DNA from: an uncultured Thermoplasmata archaeon
Lineage (GTDB): Archaea; Thermoplasmatota; Thermoplasmata; Lutacidiplasmatales; UBA184
Direction of reading: 5' to 3'
Assembly: GCA_963735185.1 (NCBI GenBank)
Contig: CAVTJV010000007.1
Coordinates: forward strand, 1,151,009-1,215,008
DNA: 64,000 bases
Positions 9,880-18,739 of this stretch are shown one piece after another. Within the stretch, counting starts at the first letter, position 1. The number at the start of each line of letters is the position of its first letter. The notes under the pieces were generated by a model. The model was not told where the DNA came from, ran no database searches, and saw only the letters and a list, made by a program, of their open reading frames with translations. The position numbers and the translations under genes were made by a program.

Positions 9880-10134
9880 ATGCCCGGCGCGGAACCTCCG
9901 ACGAACGATGACGTGCTCCTCGCGGACCTCCGCCGCGCGGTCGACCGGTCGTCCGAACGGCCCCGGGAGATCGAGGTCGGGATCGCGCTCTCGATCGCCC
10001 TCGGACGACAACGACCGGTCGTGTCGTGCGGGGGCTGCCAGAACCCGCTCGAGTTCGATGGGATCCCCGCACGGACCAACGCTCAGCTGCGAACGCCGTT
10101 CCGCCTCCTTTTCGGACCGCCGTCCGGGACGTGA
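9880..10134 (+). CDS. Hypothetical small protein (84 aa)
   Basis: ATG at 9880 is preceded by TTAAAAG (9851-9857) at TATA distance. G/C-rich third codon positions. No recognised family. Confidence 0.4.
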   Translation: MPGAEPPTNDDVLLADLRRAVDRSSERPREIEVGIALSIALGRQRPVVSCGGCQNPLEFDGIPARTNAQLRTPFRLLFGPPSGT

Positions 10135-10173
10135 GCGCCGACCGCGGGTCGGCGTCGGGAGGGTTGCTCGGCG

Positions 10174-10854
10174 ATGGTGTTCTCCCTAGTCGGGGCGGTC
10201 GTGGACATCGTCACGACCGTGATGTCGACGATCGGGCTCCCCGGCCTCCTCGCCCTGATGGTGCTCTCGATGGTCGGGATCACGCCGATCCCGTGCGAGG
10301 TCATCCTGCCGTTCGCCGGATTCCTGGTGGCCGACGGGACGTTCTCCTTCGGTTGGGCGCTGACGGCGGCGATGGCGGGTACGATGATCGGAGCGTACAT
10401 CGCCTACGCGATAGGCCTCTGGTGGCGCGACCGGGTCACGGGAATGGGAATTGGACGCTTGCGGCTCGAACCGAAGTACCTCGATTCGATCGACCGGTAC
10501 TTCGCCCGCCGGGGGGAGATCACAGTCGCCCTCTTTCGGCTCCTTCCGGTCATCCGAACGTACATCAGCTACCCCGCGGGGACCGCACGAATGGAGCCGG
10601 TACGTTTCGGGGTGTACACCTTCGTCGGCGCGGTCCCCTACACGGTGGCGCTGATCTACGCCGGCGTGTTGGCCGGGTCGAACTGGGTCGTCCTCTCCTC
10701 GTACTTCCAGTTGCTCGACCTACCCCTCATCGTGCTCGTGGTCGCGTTCGTGGTCTACCTGGTTCTGCTGACGTTGGGAGTCCTGCAGCCCGGCTGGCCT
10801 CCCCGACGGGCCCGTCCGGCCCTGCCACCGACCTCTCCCCCGGCGGCTCGCTGA
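10174..10854 (+). CDS. DedA family (SNARE-associated/VTT domain) membrane protein
   Basis: 226 aa. ...PIPCEVILPFAGFLV..., FARRGEITVALFRLLPVIRTYISYPAG match the DedA pattern. Confidence 0.8.
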   Translation: MVFSLVGAVVDIVTTVMSTIGLPGLLALMVLSMVGITPIPCEVILPFAGFLVADGTFSFGWALTAAMAGTMIGAYIAYAIGLWWRDRVTGMGIGRLRLEPKYLDSIDRYFARRGEITVALFRLLPVIRTYISYPAGTARMEPVRFGVYTFVGAVPYTVALIYAGVLAGSNWVVLSSYFQLLDLPLIVLVVAFVVYLVLLTLGVLQPGWPPRRARPALPPTSPPAAR

Positions 10855-12219
10855 TCAACCACCGGGCCGGAGCGCATCCGCTGGCTCCCCGGCCGCATAC
10901 TCGGGTCGGACGACCTTCCCTACCGGGGCGCCGACGTACTCGCCGGCCTCGACGATCCGCTCGCCGTCCCGGTAATGTTCCTGAGGTCGGACGACGTCCC
11001 AGCCCTCGAATGGGGACCAGCCGCACGGGGACCGCAGCGCGCGACCCGCGACCTTCGAGCGCTTCGTGAAGTCGACGACCAGGAGGTTGGCCCGGTGACC
11101 GGGGGAAAGGCGACCGAGCGGCTGGCCCAGCCAGCGGGCCGGGCGGTCGCACGCCGCGGAGAGGAGCACCTTCAGGTCGAGCTCCCCGGCCCGCACCTGG
11201 GCGAGCAGCAGCGGGAGCCATGTCTCGACACCGGGCACCCCGCTCGGAGCCCGGTCGAACGGGAGCTCCTTTGCGTCCCGCGGGTGGGGAGCGTGGTCGC
11301 TCGCGACGATCGGGACCTCCCCTCGACGGAACGCCTCCCAGAGCTCGGCCCGCTCGCGTTCGCTCCGCAAGGGGGGATTGACCTTGAAGCGCGCGTCCGA
11401 CCCCGAGCGGTCGGAGAGGAGAAGGTGGTGCGCGGTCGCCTCGAACGAGAGGCCGGCTGCGTTCAAGCTCCGGACCCCCGCGACGGTGGTCACATGAGCC
11501 GCGTGCAGACGAAGGAGCTTCGGGGCCCGCGTGAGCGCCTGGAGCGCGGCCTGCTCGGCGGCGACCGGACGGTGGCCGTTCCACTCGGCCGGGGAGGTCA
11601 GGCGTCGGCCCATCACGAACCGGGTCGGGTCCTCCGCGTGCACGGAGACGGGGAGCCGAAGCATGGCGAGCCGTTCCCAAAGGGCGGGGAGTTCGCTGGC
11701 GGCCGGGGATTCCTCGATGCCGGTGGTCGGAGCCAGGTAGACCTTGAACCCGCCCGCGCGATGGGAAAGCGGCGCGAGCGCCCGCGGGCTGGAGGTGGCG
11801 GCGAACAGCAGCACGTCGACGGCCGCGCGCCCTTCCACCAGGCGCGCCTTGTCCTGCCAGCTCTCGACGTCCGTGACCGGTGGGCGGGTGTTCGGCATCT
11901 CGCCGACCAGCGAGACCCCGCCGAGGGCGGCGCCGACCGTGCCCGTAGGGATCGTCTCCGCGTCGGCCGGGCCGCCCGGTTCGCGGAAGTGGACGTGCAT
12001 GTCGATGGCGGCCGGGAGGATCACCGCATCCCCGACGTCGTGACGCGGGGCTCCTCCGCGGAGCTTGCCGATCGACCCGATCCGCCCGGTATCCTCGATC
12101 GCGATCTCGACCGGCTGGAGCCGGCCGCGAACGAACGCGCGCCCCGCTAGCACGAGGGCGGTCGATGGCGGGGAACGGGGGGCCGCCTCCGCCTTCCGTC
12201 GGCGAGCGGACCCGGGCAT
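10855..12219 (-). CDS. pyrC: Dihydroorotase (cyclic amidohydrolase family)
   Basis: AIDMHVHFREPG metal-binding HxH motif, ...VASDHAPH..., 454 aa. ATG at 12219 sits about 25-32 nt from a TATA-like element. An alternative GTG lies at 12153. Confidence 0.8.
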   Translation of the reverse strand: MPGSARRRKAEAAPRSPPSTALVLAGRAFVRGRLQPVEIAIEDTGRIGSIGKLRGGAPRHDVGDAVILPAAIDMHVHFREPGGPADAETIPTGTVGAALGGVSLVGEMPNTRPPVTDVESWQDKARLVEGRAAVDVLLFAATSSPRALAPLSHRAGGFKVYLAPTTGIEESPAASELPALWERLAMLRLPVSVHAEDPTRFVMGRRLTSPAEWNGHRPVAAEQAALQALTRAPKLLRLHAAHVTTVAGVRSLNAAGLSFEATAHHLLLSDRSGSDARFKVNPPLRSERERAELWEAFRRGEVPIVASDHAPHPRDAKELPFDRAPSGVPGVETWLPLLLAQVRAGELDLKVLLSAACDRPARWLGQPLGRLSPGHRANLLVVDFTKRSKVAGRALRSPCGWSPFEGWDVVRPQEHYRDGERIVEAGEYVGAPVGKVVRPEYAAGEPADALRPGG

Positions 12220-12243
12220 GCTCCCGGCGGACGTTGGCGGGGC

Positions 12244-12251
12244 GTAAATAG
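12244..12251 (-). promoter_or_regulatory. TATA-box-like element for pyrC (plus-strand GTAAATAG, i.e. CTATTTAC on the minus strand)
   Basis: An AT-rich octamer in the pyrC/purM divergent spacer, 25-32 nt upstream of the pyrC ATG (12219). A weaker GGTATTTCTT (12275-12284) lies 21-30 nt upstream of the purM ATG (12305). Confidence 0.4.
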
Positions 12252-12304
12252 CTCAACCCCCGCCTAGGGGCGAGGGTATTTCTTCCCGCGTCTCTCGCCG
12301 GGTC

Positions 12305-13365
12305 ATGGCGCCCCCTTCTCGAACGGACCGGCCGTGGACCTACGCACGTAGCGGCGTGGACCGTTATCGGGTCACCTCCGCGCTCGGCGTTCTGCTGGAC
12401 GAAGTCACGTATCGACCGCCTCCCTCCTCCGGCGGCTCGTGGAGGCCCCGGGGCACTACGCGGGACTGCTCCGCATCGGTCGGGAGACGATCGCGGTCAC
12501 GACCGACACCGTCGGGACCAAGACGAAGCTCGCCGCCGAGCTCGGTCGGTGGGAGGAGGTCGGGGAGGATATCGTCGGCGTCAACGTCAACGACCTGGCC
12601 TCAGTCGGGGCCCGCACCGCCGGGCTCGTGGACACCATCCTCTGTCCCCGGCCCGACCCCGACGCGTTCCGCGGGATCGGAAAGGGCCTCAACCGAGGCC
12701 TTCGGCAGGCGCGTTGCTCCCTCTTGGGCGGGGAGACCGCAGTCGTTCCGGATATCGTCGACGGGATCGACCTCGGCGCGACCGCGTTCGGGTTCTTCCC
12801 GCGCGGACGTCGACCCGTGCTCGGAGCTTCGATCCGCCCGGGGGACCGGGTGCTCGGGGTTCCCTCCTCCGGTGTGCATGCGAACGGGTTAACGCTCATC
12901 CGACGGCTTCTGAAGGAGCGGTCGGTCGACCTGCTCCGCCCTCGGCCCGGGGGTGACCAACCGGTCGGCGAGGAGATCCTCACGCCGACGCGGATCTACT
13001 CCGTCATCGGAGACGCGCTCGCGGACTCTCCCGCGACGCATGGCCTTGCCCACCTCTCGGGTGGCGGGGTCCGCAACCTCGTGCGGCTGCATCCGAAGGT
13101 CGCGTTCGTCCTCGACCGATGGCCCGAGATACCTCCCTTGTTCCGGTGGGTCCAACAGCTCGGCGGCCTCTCCGACGAGGAGATGTTCCAGACGTTCAAC
13201 ATGGGCGTCGGCTTCGTGCTGGTGGTCAGCTCCGCCCGGCTCGCCGAGACCCGCCGTCGCCTGGCCCGGGCCGGGGCCCCCGATGCCGTGGAGGTCGGGC
13301 GCGTGACACGAGGTTCGGGCGTCTCCCTGCCGGCGTACGGTCTCTCCTTCGACGGGTACTCGTAG
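12305..13365 (+). CDS. purM: Phosphoribosylformylglycinamidine cyclo-ligase (AIR synthetase), reading frame broken near 12400-12438
   Basis: The N-terminus (WTYARSGVD...ALGVLLDEV) is in the frame of the ATG at 12305. The rest (LVEAPGHYAGLL..TTDTVGTK...GGETA...GVHANG...FNMGVGF) is in the frame of 12439. The offset is 134 nt, i.e. 3k-1. Confidence 0.85.
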
Positions 13366-13439
13366 CGACCGACCCCGTGGGGACCGCCAGCGCGCCGGTT
13401 TCGGCAACGATTATCGGGACTCGGCTCTAACGACCCCGC

Positions 13440-14390
13440 GTGCCGGTCGGACGACGTACCGCAGCATGGGCGATCGTCCTCTCCGTGCTCGCCGCCTTCG
13501 CCTGGGCCACCTGGTACCTCTTCGTGCTCTGGGTGACCCCGGGGACCGCTCCGTCGGCCATCCTCGCCTACCCGTTCGTGTTCGGAGGGGTCGCCTATGC
13601 CATCTGGGCGGTCGCGAGCGGGAACGGTCGCGCCTTCGTGAAGCTGTGGGGGGACCCGATGGCGTGGGTCCGCGTCGCGCTTCTGTTCGCCATGCAGGTC
13701 GCGATCCTCGCTGCCACCTACCTGACCGGGCCCGTCGATTGCTCGCTCCTGTCCTTGATCGGCGATGTCGTGCTCACGCCCATCCTGGTCGCCATCGCGA
13801 TCGGGGCGTACCGGCCGCACATCGCGACGCCTGCGTTCGCGGTTGGGCTCATTGTGAGCCTCATCGGGGGCACGATGGCGATCGTCGGCGGACAGAGCCT
13901 CTCCGCTGTGCACGGCTGGGGGTGGCTGGTGGTGCCCGGCGTCCCGGTCCTCGTAGCGGGCTACTTCCTCCTCACGGCGCGAGCCAATCGCACGACCGCC
14001 CCCTCCGCGGTGGTCGCTCAGTCGATGCTCGCGGCCGCCGTGCTCTTCGTGGTGGCCGCCCCGCTCTTTCCGGGAGGTTGGAACGGGCTCGTTTCGGTCG
14101 CTCCGGTCCCGCTCTTCCTGCTCGCGGTCTGCGGGATCACGAGCTTCTTCCTGGCGCCCGCACTCTACTTCGCGGCGCTGAACGAGGTCGGGCTCGTCAT
14201 CCCACCGATGTTGATGACCGGGATCCCGGTCTTCACGCTCCTCCTATCGGCAGGGGTCCTCGGGATCGCCCTCCCGCTGGTAGGGGTCCTCGGGATACCG
14301 GTCGCGGTTGCGGGCGGGATCATCGCCATTCGGGGGGAATCCGCGCTCGTGCCGGAGGAACAATCCGGACCGTCGCCACCGCCCACCTGA
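13440..14390 (+). CDS. DMT superfamily (EamA-like) membrane transporter
   Basis: 316 aa with about 10 hydrophobic segments in two similar halves. GTG start. Family assignment rests on topology and composition only. Confidence 0.55.
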   Translation: MPVGRRTAAWAIVLSVLAAFAWATWYLFVLWVTPGTAPSAILAYPFVFGGVAYAIWAVASGNGRAFVKLWGDPMAWVRVALLFAMQVAILAATYLTGPVDCSLLSLIGDVVLTPILVAIAIGAYRPHIATPAFAVGLIVSLIGGTMAIVGGQSLSAVHGWGWLVVPGVPVLVAGYFLLTARANRTTAPSAVVAQSMLAAAVLFVVAAPLFPGGWNGLVSVAPVPLFLLAVCGITSFFLAPALYFAALNEVGLVIPPMLMTGIPVFTLLLSAGVLGIALPLVGVLGIPVAVAGGIIAIRGESALVPEEQSGPSPPPT

Positions 14391-14401
14391 GCCGGGCCGG
14401 C

Positions 14402-16866
14402 TCATTGCCAATCGCTCAGACTTCGCGTCGAGCTCTTGCGCTTGGACGGCTTTCCGACCTCGGAGAGGGGCGTGTCGAGCGTCGTCGGAGCGGTGCTCGT
14501 ATCCGTCGGCCGGGCGGCCTCGGGCGGTGACGCGAGCCGTCGTTGGTGGCTCCCGCGCAGGAGCGCAGCCGCGTCCCAGTCGAACACTTCCGTCACGCGC
14601 GCGAGGGTCTGCGCGACCCGGTCGGCGTAATACTCCCAGTCCGGCTCTTTCGTGAACGGCCGTCCCTCCACCCACGGCTCGACCTCCTGAGGGGTCTTGC
14701 GGGAGTCGGTGACGACCCAGGCGACGCGCATGCCGGGGATGACGTCGTAGCCCTCGCTCCTCAGCTGCTTATAGACCCGCAGGAACGGCAACGATTCCCG
14801 CGTCGACTCGTTGTACTCGCTCTCCGCCCTCACCGTGCGGGCGATCACGAGACGCTCGGCCGGCACCTCGTGGTTCCGGACCGATGCCACGAGCTCCCGG
14901 GCCCGGCGCAGCGCCGCATCGGTGTCGCCCTTGAGGACGAGGTCGAAAACCTCCATGAGCGCCGCCGACTGGAAGTCGAACGCGTCCGTCCGTCGCGTCT
15001 CGTAGCCCCGGACGACCAGGTCCTCCTGGGGCCAAGCGGTCCGTCCGACGTACCGCTTCTTCACGCCGTGGGAGAAGAACGATTCGAACACCGACTGGAA
15101 CTCGAAGGTCACTCCCTCGTGGGTGAATCGCTTCGCGACCTGTTCCCCGAACTCGCGCGCTCCCTCGAGCGATGCGACCGGCGACCGGACGAAGACGGAG
15201 TCCGTGTCGGAGTAGACGACCTCGAACCCGTCGGCCTCCAGGTCCCGGATGATGGAGGTGATCGCCTCCCGCCCGAACGCCGTGATCGCCGCCCCGATGT
15301 CCTTGTTCGTGAACCGGTAGAAGCTCGAGGCGAGGACCCCGTAGAACGAGTTCATGAGGACCTTGACGGCGTTCTGGAGACCGTCGTAGTACTCCTTCAT
15401 CTCCGGGCTGGTCGCCGTCTGGACGGCCTGGCGGAAGCGGGCCCGGTCCGCCATGAGGTCGGACAGGATCGCCGGGATGATCCCCCGACGGACGTCAGGG
15501 GTGACGAAGCGAGCGCCGGACGGAGCGACGGTTTGCCCATCGGGGGAGAGGGTCGTGAAGCAGAGGTTGTGGGAGATGATGATGGACGGGTACATCGACT
15601 TGAAGTCGAGGACGACGACCCAGCGATAGATCCCGGGCCGGATCGGGTGGACGTACCCCCCTCGATCGGGTTCTCGCGCCCGGCGAAGTGGCTCATCGGA
15701 ACGCCGACCCCCTGGGCGTCGGCCCGGGGGATGAGCAACGAATCGATGTAGAGGGAGGTCCGTCCGTTCATCCCCTCTTCGAGCGGAAGGTGGGCGATGG
15801 TCGCGAGGTCGGCCGCCTTCTCCACCGTGCGCAGACGTTGCAGGATGCGGAGCGCGAGGTCCGCGTCGTGCTCGCAGTACTCCATGACCCGCACCGGGTC
15901 GGCCGCCCACTCCCTCTCGATCTCCCTCCGGTCGACGTCGAGCTTCGAGTCACCCAGGAGCGTCCGCGCGACGAACTGGAGCGTTTCCTGTTTCGGCTTC
16001 AGGTCGCGTCGGACCGACCACCAGGCGTCGGCGATGGCCCGCCCCGTCACCTTCCAGAGACGCTCCCCCATCTCCCGTGGGGCGGAGCGCTCCCGACCGA
16101 TCGCGAGCGGGCCGAGCCCGGTCGCCTTCGCCCGTTCGACCAGGAGGGGGAAATCGTACCCCCCGATGTTGTAGCCTGTGATCACGTCCGGGTCGTCCTG
16201 GATGACCGTGTCCACGAACCCTTCGATGATCTGCCGCTCGTCCGGGCCGTGGAGTCGGAACGTCGTGCGCTCGCGGCCCCCACCTTCGGAAACCCCACAG
16301 ATCGTGAAGATCGTCCGCTCCCGGATGGCGTTCTCGATGTCGAACGACAGGACGCGCAGTGACGGTCGAAACATCTCCGTCGGCCGGATGTCGTGCCCGT
16401 CGGTCGTCACGACCCGGACCACGTCCGTCACCGTGTAGCGGGCCCGGACTTCCTCGGGTTCCTCTTCCGCCTCGAAGGCGACCGCGAGGCCGATGCGCTT
16501 GTCGTACAGGAAGCGGTGAACGAACGGTATGTCGCAGGCGAGGACGCTCGTTTCGTCGCCCCGCCGCCGGTACTGGTCCCGGTACTGGGGGACGAGCCAC
16601 GGACGGTGTAGGGTGACCCGCACCGCCGGCTCGTCTCGGCCGGCGACCCAGGTCCGGGTATCCTCGACCGCGACGATCTCGGGGTCGGCGTGCAGTCGAG
16701 CCCGAACCTCGTCCGTCGGCTCCGTGATCATGAAGTACGGACGGAACCCGTAGTAGCGCGCGACCAGAGGCGTGTCGTCCCGCGTTCGACCGAACAGTTC
16801 GACGACGACCCCGTCGTCGGCCGCCTGGTACGAACCTTCCAGGAGGAACAGCTCGACCGTGCGCAC
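14402..16866 (-). CDS. polB: Family B DNA polymerase (PolB), reading frame broken at the C6 run 15656-15661
   Basis: Exo I (SFDIEN), Exo II (ITGYNIGGYDFPLL) and Exo III (YCEHDADL) lie in the frame of the GTG at 16866. Pol motifs A (DFKSMYPSII), B (KVLMNSFYG) and C (YSDTDSVFV) lie in the frame of ORF 14402..15910. One extra G in the minus-strand G6 run would read ...NPIEGGYVHPIRPGIY... continuously, giving about 821 aa. Confidence 0.9.
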
Positions 16867-16898
16867 GGCCGACCGAGCCCGACCCGAGTTAAAGCGGT

Positions 16899-17573
16899 TT
16901 ACGCGGGCCGTTCCCCTAGCCAACGCCCTAGCGCTCGGACGTCCCGTTCCCAGCGCTCGCGCATCCGCCGGGACCGAAGCGCGGCCGCGGGGTGGATGAG
17001 CGGGAAGTGCGGGGTCCCCCCCTGCGTCCGCGGACGACCCGCGGCGGAGAGCATCGGAAGGGCGGTCGGGTCGATCGCCGCCAACGCCCGGGCTCCGAGC
17101 GTTACGACCACCTCGGGACGGAGGAGGTCGAGCTGCCGGTCCAGGTACGGCCGGCAGGTCCGGGCCGCCCTTGGGTCGAACCGGTTCCCGGGCGGTCGGC
17201 ACTTCAGCACGTTGAGAACCCCGAACTCGTCGTCGGATAATCCGAGGGCTGCTACCGCTCGGTCGAGCTCTCGGCCGGATCGTCCCGCGAACGGCCGCCC
17301 GGTACGGTCCTCCTCGGCGCCGGGAGCCTCTCCGACGAAGACCACCCGTGGGACCAGGCTGCCCCGGTAGACCACCGCATTCGTGCGGGTCGCGCCGAGC
17401 GGGCAGTTTCGGCAGGCCCGGATCTCGTCCGAGAGTCGCTCCCAAGCCTTCCGGACCGTCGGCTTTACGACCCGGAGCGGGCGTGCGGCCGGGGCAGTCC
17501 GCGATGCCCTTGGCCGCCGCCCCGTCGCGTTCATTCTGTCCCTCCGGGCCCCGTCCGACCCGCCGCCGTGCAC
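16899..17573 (-). CDS. udg: Uracil-DNA glycosylase, family 4
   Basis: CRNCPL...[12 protein letters not shown]...GRPFAGRSG...LKCRPPGNR...HPAAALR motifs. An alternative ATG lies at 17534. The stop is 33 nt upstream of the polB start, on the same strand. Confidence 0.85.
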   Translation of the reverse strand: MHGGGSDGARRDRMNATGRRPRASRTAPAARPLRVVKPTVRKAWERLSDEIRACRNCPLGATRTNAVVYRGSLVPRVVFVGEAPGAEEDRTGRPFAGRSGRELDRAVAALGLSDDEFGVLNVLKCRPPGNRFDPRAARTCRPYLDRQLDLLRPEVVVTLGARALAAIDPTALPMLSAAGRPRTQGGTPHFPLIHPAAALRSRRMRERWERDVRALGRWLGERPA

Positions 17574-17587
17574 GACTCGGCACGGAC

Positions 17588-17596
17588 CTTAAATAC
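17588..17596 (+). promoter_or_regulatory. TATA-box-like element (CTTAAATAC) upstream of the S12-S7-EF2 cluster
   Basis: An AT-rich element 31-39 nt upstream of the rps12 ATG (17627), in an otherwise GC-rich spacer. Confidence 0.5.
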
Positions 17597-17626
17597 CACT
17601 GCCCTGTGGTCGGCCCCTCCGCCGAT

Positions 17627-18061
17627 ATGTCGCCGCCATCGGGGCTCAACACAGCGGGCCGTCTGGCCACCCTCCGCCAGCGTCGCCGCTGGTCGGACCG
17701 CTACTACAAGCGGCGGACCCTCCATCTGAAGGAACGTTCGGACCCGCTCGAGGGGGCTCCCCAGGCCCGCGGGATCGTGATCGAGAAGGTCGGGGTCGAG
17801 GCGAAACAGCCGAACTCGGCCATCCGGAAGTGCATCAAGGTCCAGCTCATCAAGAACGGCCGCCAGGTGACCGCCTTCGCGGTCGGCGACGGCGCGATCA
17901 ACTTCATCGACGAGCACGACGAGGTCCTGGTCGAAGGGATCGGCGGCCGGATGGGCCGGTCGTACGGGGACATTCCCGGCGTGCGCTACAAGGTGATTCA
18001 GGTGAACAGCGTCTCGCTCGACGAGCTCGTGCGCGGACGCAAGGAGAAGCCGGCCCGATGA
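17627..18061 (+). CDS. rps12: 30S ribosomal protein S12 (uS12)
   Basis: ...[60 protein letters not shown]... is unmistakably uS12. 144 aa from the ATG at 17627. Confidence 0.95.
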   Translation: MSPPSGLNTAGRLATLRQRRRWSDRYYKRRTLHLKERSDPLEGAPQARGIVIEKVGVEAKQPNSAIRKCIKVQLIKNGRQVTAFAVGDGAINFIDEHDEVLVEGIGGRMGRSYGDIPGVRYKVIQVNSVSLDELVRGRKEKPAR

Positions 18062-18720
18062 GCGGAGGTCCGGAGTCGTTGCGGCCACCGGAGCCTACGG
18101 AGGAGGACGCCGGGCCGGTCGTCCATCGCCCCGAGCCGCCCCCTCCCCCGCCGTTCCCCCTCCCGCCCCTGTTCGGGAAGTACCCGTTCGAGGGGGTCGA
18201 GGTCCACGACCCGGGCCTGCTGCCGTACATATACCTCCACCCGATCTACGCCCCCCACACCGAAGGGAAGCTCACCGGGAAGCCGTTCCTCAAGACCCGG
18301 ATGCATCTCGTGGAGCGCCTGGCGAACCACCTCATGAAGGGCGGGAAGTTCACCGGTAAGAAGTCGAAGGCGCTCGCGACGATCCGCAAGGCGTTCGACG
18401 AAGTGGCAAAGAAGGAGGAGAAGAACCCGCTCCAGCTCCTCGTGGACGCGGTCGAGAACGCGGCGCCCCGCGAGGAGGTCACGCGCCTCCAATTCGGCGG
18501 GATATCGGTCCCGCGCGCGGTCGACGCGTCGCCCGCCCGGCGCCTCAACGTCGCCATCCGGAACATCGCCCTCGGGGCGATCCAGGCGTCGCACAAGTCC
18601 ACGAAACCGATCCACTCCTGCCTTGCGGACGAGATCCGTCTCGCCGCGAAGGGTGACCTGACCTCCTTCGCGGTCGGTCGGAAGGAAGAGGTCGAACGGG
18701 TCGCCCAGTCGGCTCGGTAG
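18058..18720 (+). CDS. rps7: 30S ribosomal protein S7 (uS7) with a Pro-rich N-terminal extension
   Basis: The ATG overlaps the rps12 stop (ATGA). The core [19 protein letters not shown]...[16 protein letters not shown]...AF... ...[11 protein letters not shown]...RR is uS7. No alternative start codon lies closer to the conserved core. Confidence 0.9.
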   Translation: MSGGPESLRPPEPTEEDAGPVVHRPEPPPPPPFPLPPLFGKYPFEGVEVHDPGLLPYIYLHPIYAPHTEGKLTGKPFLKTRMHLVERLANHLMKGGKFTGKKSKALATIRKAFDEVAKKEEKNPLQLLVDAVENAAPREEVTRLQFGGISVPRAVDASPARRLNVAIRNIALGAIQASHKSTKPIHSCLADEIRLAAKGDLTSFAVGRKEEVERVAQSAR

Positions 18721-18739
18721 GCACGGGAGGGAGTTTTCG

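Noticed and set aside
15650-15667. Programmed ribosomal frameshifting or transcriptional slippage as the explanation for the polB break, and for the other frame breaks.
   Set aside because: I see no slippery heptamer plus downstream structure pattern shared by the sites. All five breaks have the same -1 nt signature. They occur in unrelated essential genes, including one of only about 105 codons. Systematic homopolymer-deletion error is the more economical explanation. It cannot be excluded without reads.
16867-17670. Upstream 268 codons of the 757-aa polB ORF, and similarly the upstream parts of the S12 ORF (17348..17626), the glyS ORF (36529..36924) and the uvrB ORF (46246..46611).
   Set aside because: These extensions overlap other well-supported genes (udg, the amidohydrolase, larE). 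They translate to Arg/Pro-rich junk, and conserved N-termini with proper start codons are found downstream.
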